From assembly GCA_037447605.1 (NCBI GenBank), contig CM074805.1, forward strand, positions 868,001 to 932,000: a DNA stretch of 64,000 nucleotides. Reading direction: 5' to 3'. The stretch is from Zygnema circumcarinatum SAG 698-1b (lineage: Eukaryota; Plantae; Zygnematophyceae). The translations under genes and the position numbers were made by a program. The notes beneath the pieces were generated by a model. The model did not search any database, was not told the origin of the DNA, and worked only from the letters and a program-made list of their open reading frames with translations. Of this stretch, positions 11,701 through 24,009 are shown piece after piece (position 1 is the first letter of the stretch; each line of letters starts with the position of its first letter).

Positions 11701-13659
11701 GTTGGCTCACAGGAAGGGGCAGCTGAGATGCTGGAGGGAGGGAGGGAGGGAGAGGGAGAGGAAGGGAAGGAGGTTGGAAGGAGGTTTTGCTAGTTTTTAT
11801 AGATGAAGGGGTAAAGGAAAAGAAAGGGATTGAGAGAGAGGATAGGGTGGGGGCCTGGGCCTATTGACATTTCTTATGTCACAGAGCCTACGGTTAGGTT
11901 TTAATGCGCTGTATGGGTATAACAGGTTGTGGGTCCGTCGTTGTAATTTATATGTTCTGCTCTCATACTTGAGAGTCTACGCCCCGATTTTAAAGTTGGC
12001 GGCGCTTATAATGTAGTGAATGTAGCGTATTATATGTCAAAAGTGGCCCGCACCGTCACTCGCGGTCCGAGGCGCAGAACGGAGGAGTTTAGGGTTACTT
12101 TTAGTAGAGCTTAAATGCCACTCTTTCTAACGCTATCGCTACTCCTTTTTATTTAAGGAAAAGCGAGCCGGAGAGCATTATTATGTACACGCCCATTTCA
12201 TAGAGGCATGCTGCCCATGCCACTTTTGGTAGCTTTAGAACGGAAGCATAGAGCAGTTTAGATAGTGCCGGGCGGCGCGATGTTGGTCTCTATGTATCAT
12301 CTTTTATGATGAATGCCTTTGCTGAGAGGAGACGAGTTGGGACTGCCCAACGGAGGGGGAGAGAGGCGGACGAAATGTAGCCTCTTGCTTGCGAGTTTCG
12401 CGAACAAATATTTCGAAGGTGAGCACTGAAAACCTTCTGAAGAATTTCAACCCAACGTGGGCTTTCTGCATCTTTTGAAGGACTGGGAAGACTGCCTTTC
12501 TCCCTCTATGTACCTATGTATTCTTCCTCTATCTCTTTTGCTGCATAGGAAAGCTGGCAATTTCTCACACAGGCTTTTTTCCTTCTCACTCACTCTCTCT
12601 CACTCTCGCTTTCTCGTTCCCCTTCTCCCTCCCCTTTGAGCGCGCTCTCTCTTTCTTGCGTCCCCCTTTCGTTGCTGCCCACCAGTTTCTTCTTTTTTTC
12701 AAAGCTAGTGCGCCTTGCCAGCGCTCCTTTATAGCACTGTCTAAATGTAAAGCTCTAACTTTTTTTTTTCTCTTCCTCTCTCTTGCTCTCCCTGCTCAGG
12801 TGTATTGTGGAGTTTTAATGGTGCCGCTCGTTCGGTGCCAGTTATTTGATGCAACCACTCTGTCAGTCACGCCTTCACGCTGTACCATGAAAGAGGGGAT
12901 TTGTGCTTCGCTGTTCCCTCTTTGTGTATGCCCAAGCTGCATAGGTATTAAGGTTAAACTTCAGTAGCAAGACTACGCCGCCCTCACTTGTAACTCAAGT
13001 CCCCCTTTGAACTGGAGCTTAAATTGTCAAACATTGTACATGTCTGAATATGCGGAAATGAGCCTTCGTAAGATGTATAATATGGTGGAGCCATGATGAT
13101 GTCTAAGAGCGTTGAAGCGGTGTGATTTTCAATTGTGATAAGCTGTCTGGGATGCATGTAGGCAGAGTTGTTTGAAGTGGGGATTACTGTTCTAGGTCTT
13201 GCCAGGAGGGCATGAAGCGTTTTGAGGCAGATAGATGAAAAATCAGCTTGGAAGGGAAACGGGGGGCAGTATTTTCTAGAAAGGCATATCATTAAAGTTC
13301 ACTGACATTTCACTGAAGAACCGTGAGGTGGCTTTCTTCGTAGATTTCTGCAATATTACACTACGAGTCTAATGCTTGTGCTGAAATGTGGCAATATGAT
13401 ATACATCACATAAAAATGAAAATGCGTGTGGAAAAAAGAAGGATGCGTAAGTCAGGACAGAACTTGGCAAGCGAAAGCTTCATTCATTATTGCAATCTTT
13501 GCCTTGCAATCTGTAAATACTCACGTGCATGGAAAATTCCGGCAGTAGAACCTTATATGCTTGACCGATACACATCATGAGAAATGGCGCCTGCAAAGTC
13601 TCAAAATCTTATATGAAGTACGAGCTTCAGAATTGGAAGTATAGCAATGCGTGCGCTCC

Positions 13660-16600
13660 CTACATTATGTCAAAGTCTTGGAATTTCGCCTTAAAGCTCT
13701 CGACCATGGCCGTCTCTTCCTCCTTTGTCAGCTTGCATGCCTTCCAATCCACACGCTCCGGCATGCCCAAGAGCTCCGCCACCACCTGAGCCCCAAAAAA
13801 ATGCCAAAACTAGAGCAATATAAGAATAATAAAGTAGAAAAAATGCCCTAACATTCCCTCGAGCGACATACTTTTTCATGTTATCGCTCCACAAACAAGA
13901 AGGTAATACGGGCTTAAGTCCACAAATAACGTTACTACGAAGCGTTCGAGTACACACCTCCCGTCCAAACTGCATAGGAAACTTGTCTCCCGGAGAGATG
14001 CCGTGTGCCATAGTGATGCCGTCTGGTAGTTCCACCGTGAAGTAATTACCTCCTAACGAAAGCCTCTTTATCTGGTCCAGCACAGCCTGCGGATCACTCC
14101 CTGCAAACACGCGAGCAGCTGTATGAACTCAGCAAAATGCATCACATGGGGAGTCAAACTAAAGCCGTTCCATACAAACCTTCCCCTTGAACTTCTTTCA
14201 AACACCAAACACCAAGTCCACAACCATTCCGCCTCTCCCTTCTCACCTGCAGGAATGACCTGGAAGCTGAATCCTGCACGCTCTGCGGCTGCTTCAAATG
14301 CACCTCGAATGGCACCTGCCTTTGCCTTCGGCAGAGGCACTACCTGAAATTCCAAGCCCCACAATGTCTACGCACTTTAAGGCGCCTTTTAGAAGCTATG
14401 ATCTAAGGAAACCACTGTCCACCGATCGCTGCAGCAGCTGACAGGGACAGAAGCAGAGAGACAACTGAAAACGGAACTTCACCAACCTGCACATGCGCAT
14501 GCGTCCCTGCTCTCAACTGCAGGTATCTCTCAAACAGGAGCAAGGTTTTCCCTTCTTTCGAGAAGCATTGCTTAAGCCCCTCTTTATAACGATGGAGCTC
14601 CGCTAGGGAGTCAGATGGGAGAGAGAGGATGTTGGGAAAATGTTCGATAGGGAGGAGAAGCATGTGGCCCGCAACTAAGGGTCCCTTTGCAAGAGCGAGG
14701 TAACAGTGGTCGGCTACTGACGCCACGAGATGGGCCTCTACTTCTGCAGAGGATAAACAAAACCAGCAGGGCCCTGCAGGGGGGCGTGAAGCCGCCTGCG
14801 CCTCGTTTACTTCCGTGGAATGTTTGAATCTGCGACAGGAACAGCATTTTCAGAGACTACACATGCTTAAGTATGACTAATGAAACTGCATAGAATGCTT
14901 GTGCCAAAAAAGCAAACGTGGATTACAAGAACGACGCTTCATTCTTTGGGATGATTTTCCGGAATCATCAGCATGAAATTAATGTCAAAAGGCATTCCAT
15001 GACCCAAAGTCTGAACTGAAGTCTGAACTCTCTACAAATTGCTGACTGAAGACTCAAAGCAGAACTTTGACCCTTCTTCTGAGCATCACCAGGCCCCTTT
15101 AGGGAAAGACCACCACCCTTTCCTAGGACTCACCTGCAGTCACTTCCTCGTTCACAGGTTCCCTTTCTGAACCAGTCGTAGCACACTCCCTTTGGAGCAC
15201 CCAACAGCGAACCCTCTCCCCCCCCATCCCTCTTCCCCTCCTCGTCCATCGAATGTCTGTATTTGCACTCATCTCCTCGCTCGCATTTTCCCTTACTAAT
15301 AAAATCAAAACAGACCCCCTTTGGAATAGGCTCCCCATCCCCTCTGCTGTGCTTAAACCGACATGCGTCCCCTCTAGAGCACGAGCCTTTATTGATATAT
15401 TCAAAGCAGACTTTCTCTTCTCCTCCACCTCCCTCTTTTCTTCGCTTAGCCGGCGGTGCCGAATATCTCCAATATTGTCCCTCTTGCCCCTCAGCCTCCA
15501 CTTTCGCAGCCCATTGAGGCATTGCTTTGCTTGAAGAGCTGCCATGGACACCTCCCTCTACTCTCCCACTAACTCCATTGTTGCTTTGTTGGCTTCCATG
15601 CCACACATTGGTTGTGGTGCTGGAAGTGGTCTCATATGGAGACGATGTTGAGCCCGGTACAGGGGCCTCTAACTCACTTGCCTTCATTTCTGAAGCTGGC
15701 GTGGGAGAGAGGGCATGAAAAGACTTCTGCGTTCGACATATTTATTGTTTTTGAGTGTGGGAACTGAGAGAGAGGACTTTGAGATACCTTGAGTATGAAA
15801 GAACGCCGCTCTGTCTACGCTCGTCCTGGAATTGAGACTCAGTACCCTCTGCTGCTGCCTCTTCAGCTTTCTGTAAATGGCAACATCTCTACCTTTATCC
15901 TTTTCCGTACGATAAAAACAGTTGGCCACTCACCTGTTTTTTTTCGTTCCCAACAGCTGCCAACCCCAAAAAGCGTGTGACGTATGTCGTCCCCGGATTG
16001 CGATATGGCTCTCGGGCAAAAGAAATCCCTTCAGTGCCTGCTACGTGATACCTGCAAACATGTTGCTCAAGATTTCACGTGTTGCCGGAAACACAGTGCA
16101 TGCAGCTGATTGTGTTGAACGTAAAAAAAAAAAAAAAAAGTTCGATTTTTTTTGGCTCAGTTGTCACGGACGGAGGCTCACCTCGATTTGATTTCTTTTC
16201 CCACCTCAGCAGTTACTGGCGTGCCCACCGTTCGAGGATTTATACCTTCCGGTAAGTTCTTTGTATCCGTTCCGCTCAGGATTCCTTGAGGCCACTCATT
16301 TGTGTGTTCAGGTCAAGGTCACGATTTACAATGTTCCGTTTGTTCGAATAAAGACAACACAACAATGCGATCGTCAAGCTTTCCAGATTTCAAAGAGAGC
16401 GCCAAATCTTAAAATTGAATGCGGAGTGGATATGTGAGCAAGATATCCACAATTCCCACACCAGCAGCATCATCCACCAGCTTCTCAACGTCACCTCGCC
16501 TCTGAATTCCTGTTTCTGGCAAAAGGCCATTTTCATGATAAGCGGTTGGAGAAAACTTCCCTCCCAGATAAGCAACCTGCAGCCCTGCCACCCACCGGGC

Positions 16601-17485
16601 GCGTCGAGTCAACTTTTGCAGCATCTGCAACTTTTGCGCTTTCCCTTCAATACAGAACTTTTAGCCATGCCAGTGCAGCTAGACTTGAAGTAGTGAGCAA
16701 CAGCCAACCTATGTCTGAAAGCCTTCAACAGCATAGAACTTGTTTACAGTCAAATGCCGAATGGCCCCTCACTCACCGCTTATCTTAACTACTCCACTCC
16801 CTCGAAGCCATCGTAAATTGGCACAAATCGGGATCCCTGGAAGTTCCGTATCCTCTTTTCTGTCGTTTTCAGAGTTTGAAAGCTTTGCCAACAATGCTGC
16901 ATCCAGAATTTCTTTGGCACCGACGCCATAGTCACCGATGAAGAAGGTTGGGAGAGGAAGAGATTTGGACCCAGACATGTAATCTTTCAGCTCAAGGTCC
17001 TCTCCAGGTGTGGAAGAGAAGAAGGGACCAACGCATAGAAGACAATCAAACGGCCCATTAACCTTGTTGACCTGCATGTGCGCGCAACTCAGGGTTTGAA
17101 GTTATGCTTCAGGTTTTAGGGCTCAAAAACTAACTCTCCCAGTGTAGGAAACCAAACGCCTTCAAGATACGCCAAACGCCTTCCTTGACCTACAATATTT
17201 CCTTCACTTATGACAGAACACGCATGTTGTACACCAAAAGAAAAAGGGTACTCTCACGGAACATAATACATCACATTCGTAGAAAGCAGATGAATGCTTC
17301 AGAACCTCATCCTCGAAAGGTCCCTTTGCCCCCTGACATGATTCCGCCCCGTGCCCTGTACCCTACTGATGCAGGGGAGGGCGGGAGCCTCTCACGGACG
17401 CAACGCGCTTGCAGAGCTGATGCAGGCGGCCCTCCACATCGCCGCAGAGCAGGACACGTGGCGACGCATTTCCCCCAGACGCCAT
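13660..17485 (-). CDS. CWF19L1: CWF19-like protein 1 (Drn1/CwfJ family; plant zinc-finger CCCH protein 64-like)
   Basis: N-terminal RVLLCGDVEGRLHQLCKRV..NGPFDCLLCVGPF, DILLT|NEWP, R|YHVAG..FAREPY..VTRFLGLA, three CCCH fingers, CWFCLSS, YLALAKGPL..HMLLLPIEH, THAHVQVVP, FPMQFGREV and terminal DWKAC..FKAKFQDFDIM*. Confidence 0.95.
16302..16433 (-). other. AT-AC U12-type (minor spliceosome) intron in CWF19L1
   Basis: 5' end ATATCCAC, branch CCTTGAC about 11 nt from an AC 3' end. Removal restores the conserved DILLT-NEWP. Confidence 0.85.
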
Positions 17486-17557
17486 GGCTGTAGGCTTTGA
17501 GAACCCCCGGCTTCGTGACTCCGCCTTATATTGCGAGCTGGAGCTCCTTTCAAATTC

Positions 17558-17565
17558 TAGGGTTT
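17558..17565 (-). promoter_or_regulatory. Telobox (AAACCCTA) about 75 bp upstream of the CWF19L1 start
   Basis: Exact TAGGGTTT on the + strand. Teloboxes are typical of plant RNA-processing and translation gene promoters. Another lies at 30852-30859, upstream of the second YxPPHKR gene. Confidence 0.45.
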
Positions 17566-17713
17566 GCCGCCGCCGCTCTATGATGCTAGAAGTTCTGTGA
17601 AGGGGAAAGGCTCACATGTGCGGCAAATTTCCTGTTTAATTCCCAGTCTCACGGTGAAGGGAACTGTGTGCATGTGACGGCCATCATCCTCGCCGCAGAA
17701 GCAGATTGGGGTT

Positions 17714-17956
17714 GCGTGGCCGACGTGGCGTCGTCGTGTACGACGACCGATGGGTTCCATGAGACCGTTTCCGCCAACGTGGCGCAGACGTGGCTGCCAC
17801 GTGGTACCGAGGCACAGTTCCACAGAACACTAACTTCCTGCAGCGCGCCGCCTGCCGTCGATTTCGCTTCGCACGCTCAATGTGCGGTCACGATGCGACG
17901 ACTGAATCGGTTGTCCGACGTGGCGCCTATGTGGCGCCTACGTGGTGCCTACGTGG
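17714..17956. repeat. ACGTGG (G-box/ABRE-like) array with about 11-bp unit ACGTGGCGCCT
   Basis: ACGTGG at 17723, 17777, 17788, 17799, 17918, 17940 and 17951, plus variants at 17714 and 17929. Confidence 0.75.
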
Positions 17957-19796
17957 AGTCCTCGCGAGTTCGGGCTCTATGCGTCCGTACACCGTAGCCC
18001 CCGCACGCTGTAGCCCCCGCCGTAACCGCAGCATGTAACCTGTAACTCGAGCGTACGCGTAGCCGTAGCCGTAGCCGGTAGCCGCCGCGCTTCGGGCTGC
18101 ACCGGAGCGGCCCGCGGCCAAGGGAAGCCTCGCACGCGACCGCCCATGTTCCACCCTCGCACACAGCCATGTGGTTATCAGGAGACTCGTACCAAACGCG
18201 TAAGCGTAGGCGTTGTTGTGCCTCGGCGTAGCTTTCCACCTCCTTTCCACGTACTTTTCATGGCTTCGGCATCATGAGCTCAATGCCACTTCCATTACCA
18301 ATCGCTCTTAGCTCCTCTGCGTTTTGCGATTCTTTGGTCGTGTCCACACACATGTCATTCATTTCCCAAAGGCACAAAAGTCATGAAAAGGGAATCATGC
18401 AATATTCATTGTCTAACATGTGTTACGTTTGAGTTTGGTTGTGTGGTTGCGGTTGTTCACGTCTACTTGTGTGTGGTCATATTTGGTTGCGTATGTTTGC
18501 GTGTGATTGTGTATGCATGTGTTTAGTTGTGTTCTTTCGCTTTATATGTATTTTGTGTGTTTGTTCGCATACGGATGCGCGAGGTTGTGATTGATTGCAT
18601 GGTTTTGCATAAGATTGCACCTGTCTGGTTTTGTATGTGTTTGTTTGTGCTTCGCTGTGTTCGTTTGCCTTTGGTTGTGTCGGGTTGCGCGGTTTTTTTT
18701 TTTGGATTGTGTTTGTTGCGATTGGTTCCGTGAGGCTGTGTTTCTTTGCCTTTTGCCTGCTGTGGTTGCTGCTGCTCGTCCCCCCCCCCCCCCCCCTCCC
18801 CACTATCTCTCGCTCTATTTATGTGACTATCGGCGAAAAGAAAAATTTGGTCTCTCACGCAGACGCCCATGTTTTACCAGCAAGTGATGGCGAGATAGGA
18901 CCATGGACAGTGGTTCCCAGTTATGCAATGCCAAGGAATGTAACAAAGAGGGAGGAAGTAGTAAATGCTGAAAGAAAGGGAAAGGGGGAAGGAGAGGGAG
19001 GTAGAGGTGGGTGGGGGAAGGCACTCTTCCTGAGCCTGGCCCAGGGTCCACTTTCTCTCTCGAGTCGCCTCCCTCTCTCCCTTCCTCCCTCCCTCCTTCC
19101 CTCCCTCCCTCCCTCCCTCTCCCTCCCTCCATCCTTTCCATCCCTCCCTCTCCCTCTATCCTTTCTCTGCTTCCCTCCCTCTCCGTTGCTCTAAGCGTTT
19201 GAAATTCTCACAAACGACCCCAGCATATGTCTTGAGGTTTGACATGGCCTTTCATCCAGAGCCCATCCTTTTATTTACAAAGTCGGCCATTTCTCACTAG
19301 TGGAGGCACAATTCAACCCTCAGTTCAGCTAGGGCCTTGCCCACCTCCGGGGTGTCCAATTCTAATTTCAGAACTACGTACGGTCCCGTACTGAGTACGA
19401 TGCAGTCCTGCAACTGCCCCGAATCGTCGTCTGGCACGGCCACGCACGCCTGCACAAGAGTGTAAAAGGGAAAACATTCAGTCGTTTGTATTTAAATTAC
19501 GCACACTTGCATGACGACTCCGACCTTCCGTTTGCTCGACAACTGGAGCGACGCGATAGAGAGGCGGTGAGTGGAATAATTTCCCCCAATTTTTAGCGGA
19601 ATGCGCGCACCAGCGCTGCCAGCCGACGCTCATGTCTTGGGGGGATGGCAGACCGCCCGACAGCGTCCTGGGGTCGGCTCTCCTCTCCTGCCTCTCTCCC
19701 TCCCCTCCCCGTCCCTTTGTCGTCCGCCGTACAGATTGAGTCGGGCGGCAGCAATTGCGATGTCGTGTACGGGATGTACGGCAGGTGTTTTGCTGT

Positions 19797-19806
19797 NNNN
19801 NNNNNN
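19797..19806. other. Assembly gap (10 N) followed by a poly-A tract
   Basis: N run seen directly, with about 24 A immediately after. Confidence 1.
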
Positions 19807-21713
19807 AAAAAAAAAAAAAAAAAAAAAAAACAAATTTGAAAGAAGCGAAACTGTCCTCAAAGCCGCCTTTGCAAGGGGGCGCTCTCATGGCAAGTGACGA
19901 CAGAGTCTTCTTAGACGTTATTCATTTTCGGTGATCTTTCCCAAGAGAGCATTGTTGGAGAAGGCGAGGCCGGAAAAAAGACTCCTCGTTTTTTTTGAAG
20001 GAGGGAAGAAAAGCTCGTCATATGCTCCCGAAAAAACGAATCCTGACGAACAGCAACTGCTAAGGGACAACAACGTGAGCACCAAAGCAACATTAAATAC
20101 TGCGAACCCTCCAGCTTTTAAAAAGATGAATAGACGGACAGGAAGGGCTTAATGATGTATGGTACAAAAATGTAACGGCCGTATCACTGCTAGCTGGGAC
20201 CGGATGGTTAAGTGAAGCCAACACGGAACACCCTTCATTGAGAGAACTCACTATTTACAGCACTCTGCTCCACATCACCACATTTCCAGGACGAACTAAA
20301 CACATGCCTGGCCATTGGCGGGCCTGAGCCACAACACCTAGAAGATCTTGTTCCCTTTACGGTTTAATGTGAGATAGTCTGTCTCTGATTAAGGGGGTAG
20401 AAAGGCCTGCTTACCTCATTCACAGCATCAGAAGAAGAGAGCGAAGCAGATCACCATGACGCCAATTAGCGGAAAGCCACACAAGAGATATCCCCAAAAC
20501 AGTACTGCAGAAGCTTCACTAGCCCCCACACCGTGAAGCTGCGCCATAGTTCCTGTATTTCCCAGCAAACACATCCATTAACTCCATCCCCTGCGTGCGC
20601 TTTGATATCATCGTCTCAGTAATAGGCCCTACCTCTAATACCTTCTCCAAAAAAGAAAGAAAAAAAAAAAAGAAAGGTTTCAGATGATAATACTCACTTC
20701 CCCTTATCATACTCAGGCAATTGACCAGAGAGATAATTGTTGGCCATACCCACCTTCAGAGGAGCTCTTGTGGTTTGTACACGCGAGCCAAAGAGGAGTG
20801 TGGCCCTACTCTACAGGCAAGGCGAGGCGAGGCTCTCCCACCAACACGTGGGCCGCCGCCGAAATCTGAACTGCTGTCACCACCAAACCAAATATAAGCT
20901 TGTTTTAAAGTCAAGCAATATGACTTCATAAAACTGAACACGGATTGAGATAGAAAAGAACCCTAACAAACCCTAAAAGCAGATTTTTTCATGTCAGGGA
21001 GGTATGAAGGGATGCAAGTTGCAGGGAGGAAGGGAGAAGAAGAACAATCACCAAGTTGATGAAGAAAAAGAAAAATATAAAATGCATGGGGAGAAAAGTG
21101 GGCAAAGAAGCTTACTTTAACAATGGCGGCCTTCTCCAAGAAGCGCTGCAAATCTCTACCGCATGTAGTTGGACATTCTAATTTACTTTTATTTCCTTTT
21201 CCTTTTCTCTGCTATACTATAGCCACACATCATTCTTTTGTACTTTACAGCCTTCTCCAAAAAGTCTTTTGCTCGATCAGGTTCTTTTCCAACAATCCCC
21301 AATGCTTCACGAGCATGTCCACTGTTCCCCCTTTTAACAACATCCCACCCTTTTAAAGCCCGGACCAAACCATCAATGGTTTTTGGACTGACAGCCTTCA
21401 TCATTGAAGAGACATTCGCCACTGCCGTTTTCTCGTCTTCACCACCCTCATCCATCCTCCATATAATTTCTATGACAATAGGATACATTCGATTCCACCA
21501 AGCATTTTTCCGATTATTTTCTCCTTGTCGTCCACCACTGTACCAACGCGTCACACCAAAAAATGCCATCAATTCGATGATGGGCTTTTTTCCTTCTGGC
21601 CCGACAATCCAGAACTCCTTCCACAAGCTAAGTACATCTGTGTGCATGCTGACTAAATATCTATCTAACTGTTTCCCAACATGCACTCTAAGTCCCTGAC
21701 CGTCTTTAGCCCC

Positions 21714-21873
21714 TGGCCCCATGGCTGGCCCCATGGCTGGCCCCATGGCTGGCCCCATTCCTGGCCCCATTCCTGGCCCCATTCCTGGCCCCATTCCTGG
21801 CCCCATTCCTGGCCCCATTCCTGGCCCCATTCCTGGCCCCATTCCTGGCTCTATGCCTGGCCCCATTCCTGGC
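21714..21873 (-). repeat. In-frame 12-bp tandem repeat encoding (PGMG/PAMG)n, about 13 units, in the Crypton linker
   Basis: TGGCCCCATTCC / TGGCCCCATGGC units seen directly. Confidence 0.95.
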
Positions 21874-24009
21874 CTGCCTCTCTGACTGCCTTGGCCCCAA
21901 CCGTTTCTTTCCTCGTCCATGCTTGGCCCCGTGCCTCCTTGCATGTCTTGGCCCCTGCCTTCTCTGCCCACATCTGTCCTTTCCTGCATGCCGCCTTGCA
22001 AGTACTCCCCTCTACCTTCGCTTCCCAGCTCTGACCTTTGGTCCATGCCATCACCCCGGCTTTGTCGTCCCACTTGTGTCTGGTGTTCATTGCTCCCCTG
22101 CAAATATTGCTCTTTGCCCATAAATCAACAAAAAAGTTGACACTTGAAAACTATACAACTAGTGTGAAAAGTAGGACTGTAATGAGGATATCAATACAAT
22201 TTTGTTTGATACACTAGAGAGATGAGAGTGATGAGAGTGATGCAGCATGGTTTTACTCACCATAGTTCGAGTCCATGACTGAGATTGTGTTGTCTTAGCT
22301 TGGATCCTGTCAAAGGCCTCCTTCTTCCTCCCCCCCTCGATCCTGGCCGCTCTCGCAAAATTGAGAACTTCTTCACTGAAATAACAACCTCAAGACAGGC
22401 GACGTCCGCCTCACCCCGTTAATGAAGCCCCCTTCCTCCTTCTTACTCTCCGCCTCCACCTCCAATCCGCCCACAGCAACAGCATCACCAACAGCAGCAA
22501 CACAACAAAAGCAAAAAAAGAAGCAGTCGCAGCAGAAAACATAGCAGCAGTAGCAACAGCAGCTGTAGCAGTGTTTTCTCAACAATAGCAAAAACAGCTG
22601 AAACAGGAGCAGCAGCAGCAGAAGCAGAGAAAGGAGCACTAAAAGCAGCAAGTGCAAAAGGGCCAGCAACAAAAAAAGCAGTAACAACCTTGAAAGGAAG
22701 ACCATACCCATTGCTCACCGTTGGAAGAATGGATGATTCGCGAACAATGGAATTTGTGGAGCGAACGATGCATCTTGCAATAAAACACATGCAAAATAAC
22801 GCAGCATGTCCACAAAGCCTCCAGCTGAAAGATTCCGGGACTTAAAAGGCACTCCACGAGTAACCTACACATAAAAACACATAACGTTAACCCTTTCCCC
22901 TCCTCTCAATCTCTTTCACACCCTTTCTCTGTCTTCCAGCCAAAAGATCCATGCAGTATGACATATTACCTGCTGTACAGTAGCTTCAAGGTCGGGAAGA
23001 AATGGGAAAACCATATTCACAAGCGCTTCATTTGGTTTAAGACAAGAACGCTCCAAAAAATAATCATCGCCTTCCTTTTTGAATCCTGCAAGCACCCTAC
23101 AGACGGGAGGGACAATCGAAGAAAGGTAATTGATTGCAAGGGATTTATTTGAAGCTTGGCCCCACCTCCCTGCCACCTGGATTTGATCAAACCCACAAGA
23201 GTGCGCGAAACATTCCCTTGCTGCCGCGCCACGGAATATGTGCAAGGTTCCTGAACAACGGAGATCTAAGTGCTCAATGATTTTTTTCATGAACTTTGAT
23301 TGTGCTTCACGACACATTTCAACCTCAGTGGAGTCTTTGGATGGAAACAATAAGGTTTTGTACCTGCAAATCAACAAACAAACGTGTCAATAAAAACAAT
23401 ACATTTGTGCAAAAATATAAAACAAAATACACAAATAATAGTTGATTGGATAAGTTTAGACTCACCAAAGGTAGTTGCTCCGAAGATCTGGAGGAGGTTC
23501 TTCTGATACAATGAACCTGTGGAACAAATATCGTGATATCCATCCATGACTGCAAAATTCCGGATCTGAATGTCTAAAGGAAGCCCCATATTGGACTGCT
23601 CCTCCCGAGTTCTTTTTCCCCCCACGTGACACCACACCTAGGACAGTACATTCAGATGGGCCAATAGCTGTTGTAGCCATATCATCAATAAATAGATCGA
23701 CCAACCGAATTGATCTTTGGTCATCTCCTCAAAGCATCATTGCTTTTGCTGTAGCTACCATACTACCATACTTTAAATATGTTTCGTTGTTGAATGACCC
23801 CATATACCTTAATTAACTTTTGAAAGTCTGAAAGCGCTAGTTTATACTTAACAGTCCCTCGTTTAGGATCAATGAACATCTAATGAACACAAAAACTAAA
23901 AGAAAGACATTTAGAGGGAGGAGGAGGAGGAGGGAGGGAAGCAAGTAAGGAGGGAGAGAAGGAGAGATCGGGCAGCAAAGAGGGAAAGAGAGAAAGCAGC
24001 AAACAACAA

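Noticed and set aside
12306-12326. C/D-box snoRNA (ATGATGA..CTGA)
   Set aside because: The boxes are only about 10 nt apart, with no terminal stem or recognisable guide.
19200-20900. Additional decayed TE or retrocopy fragments around the gap and poly-A
   Set aside because: Short interrupted frames with no recognisable RT, transposase or host motif. Cannot be supported without a search.
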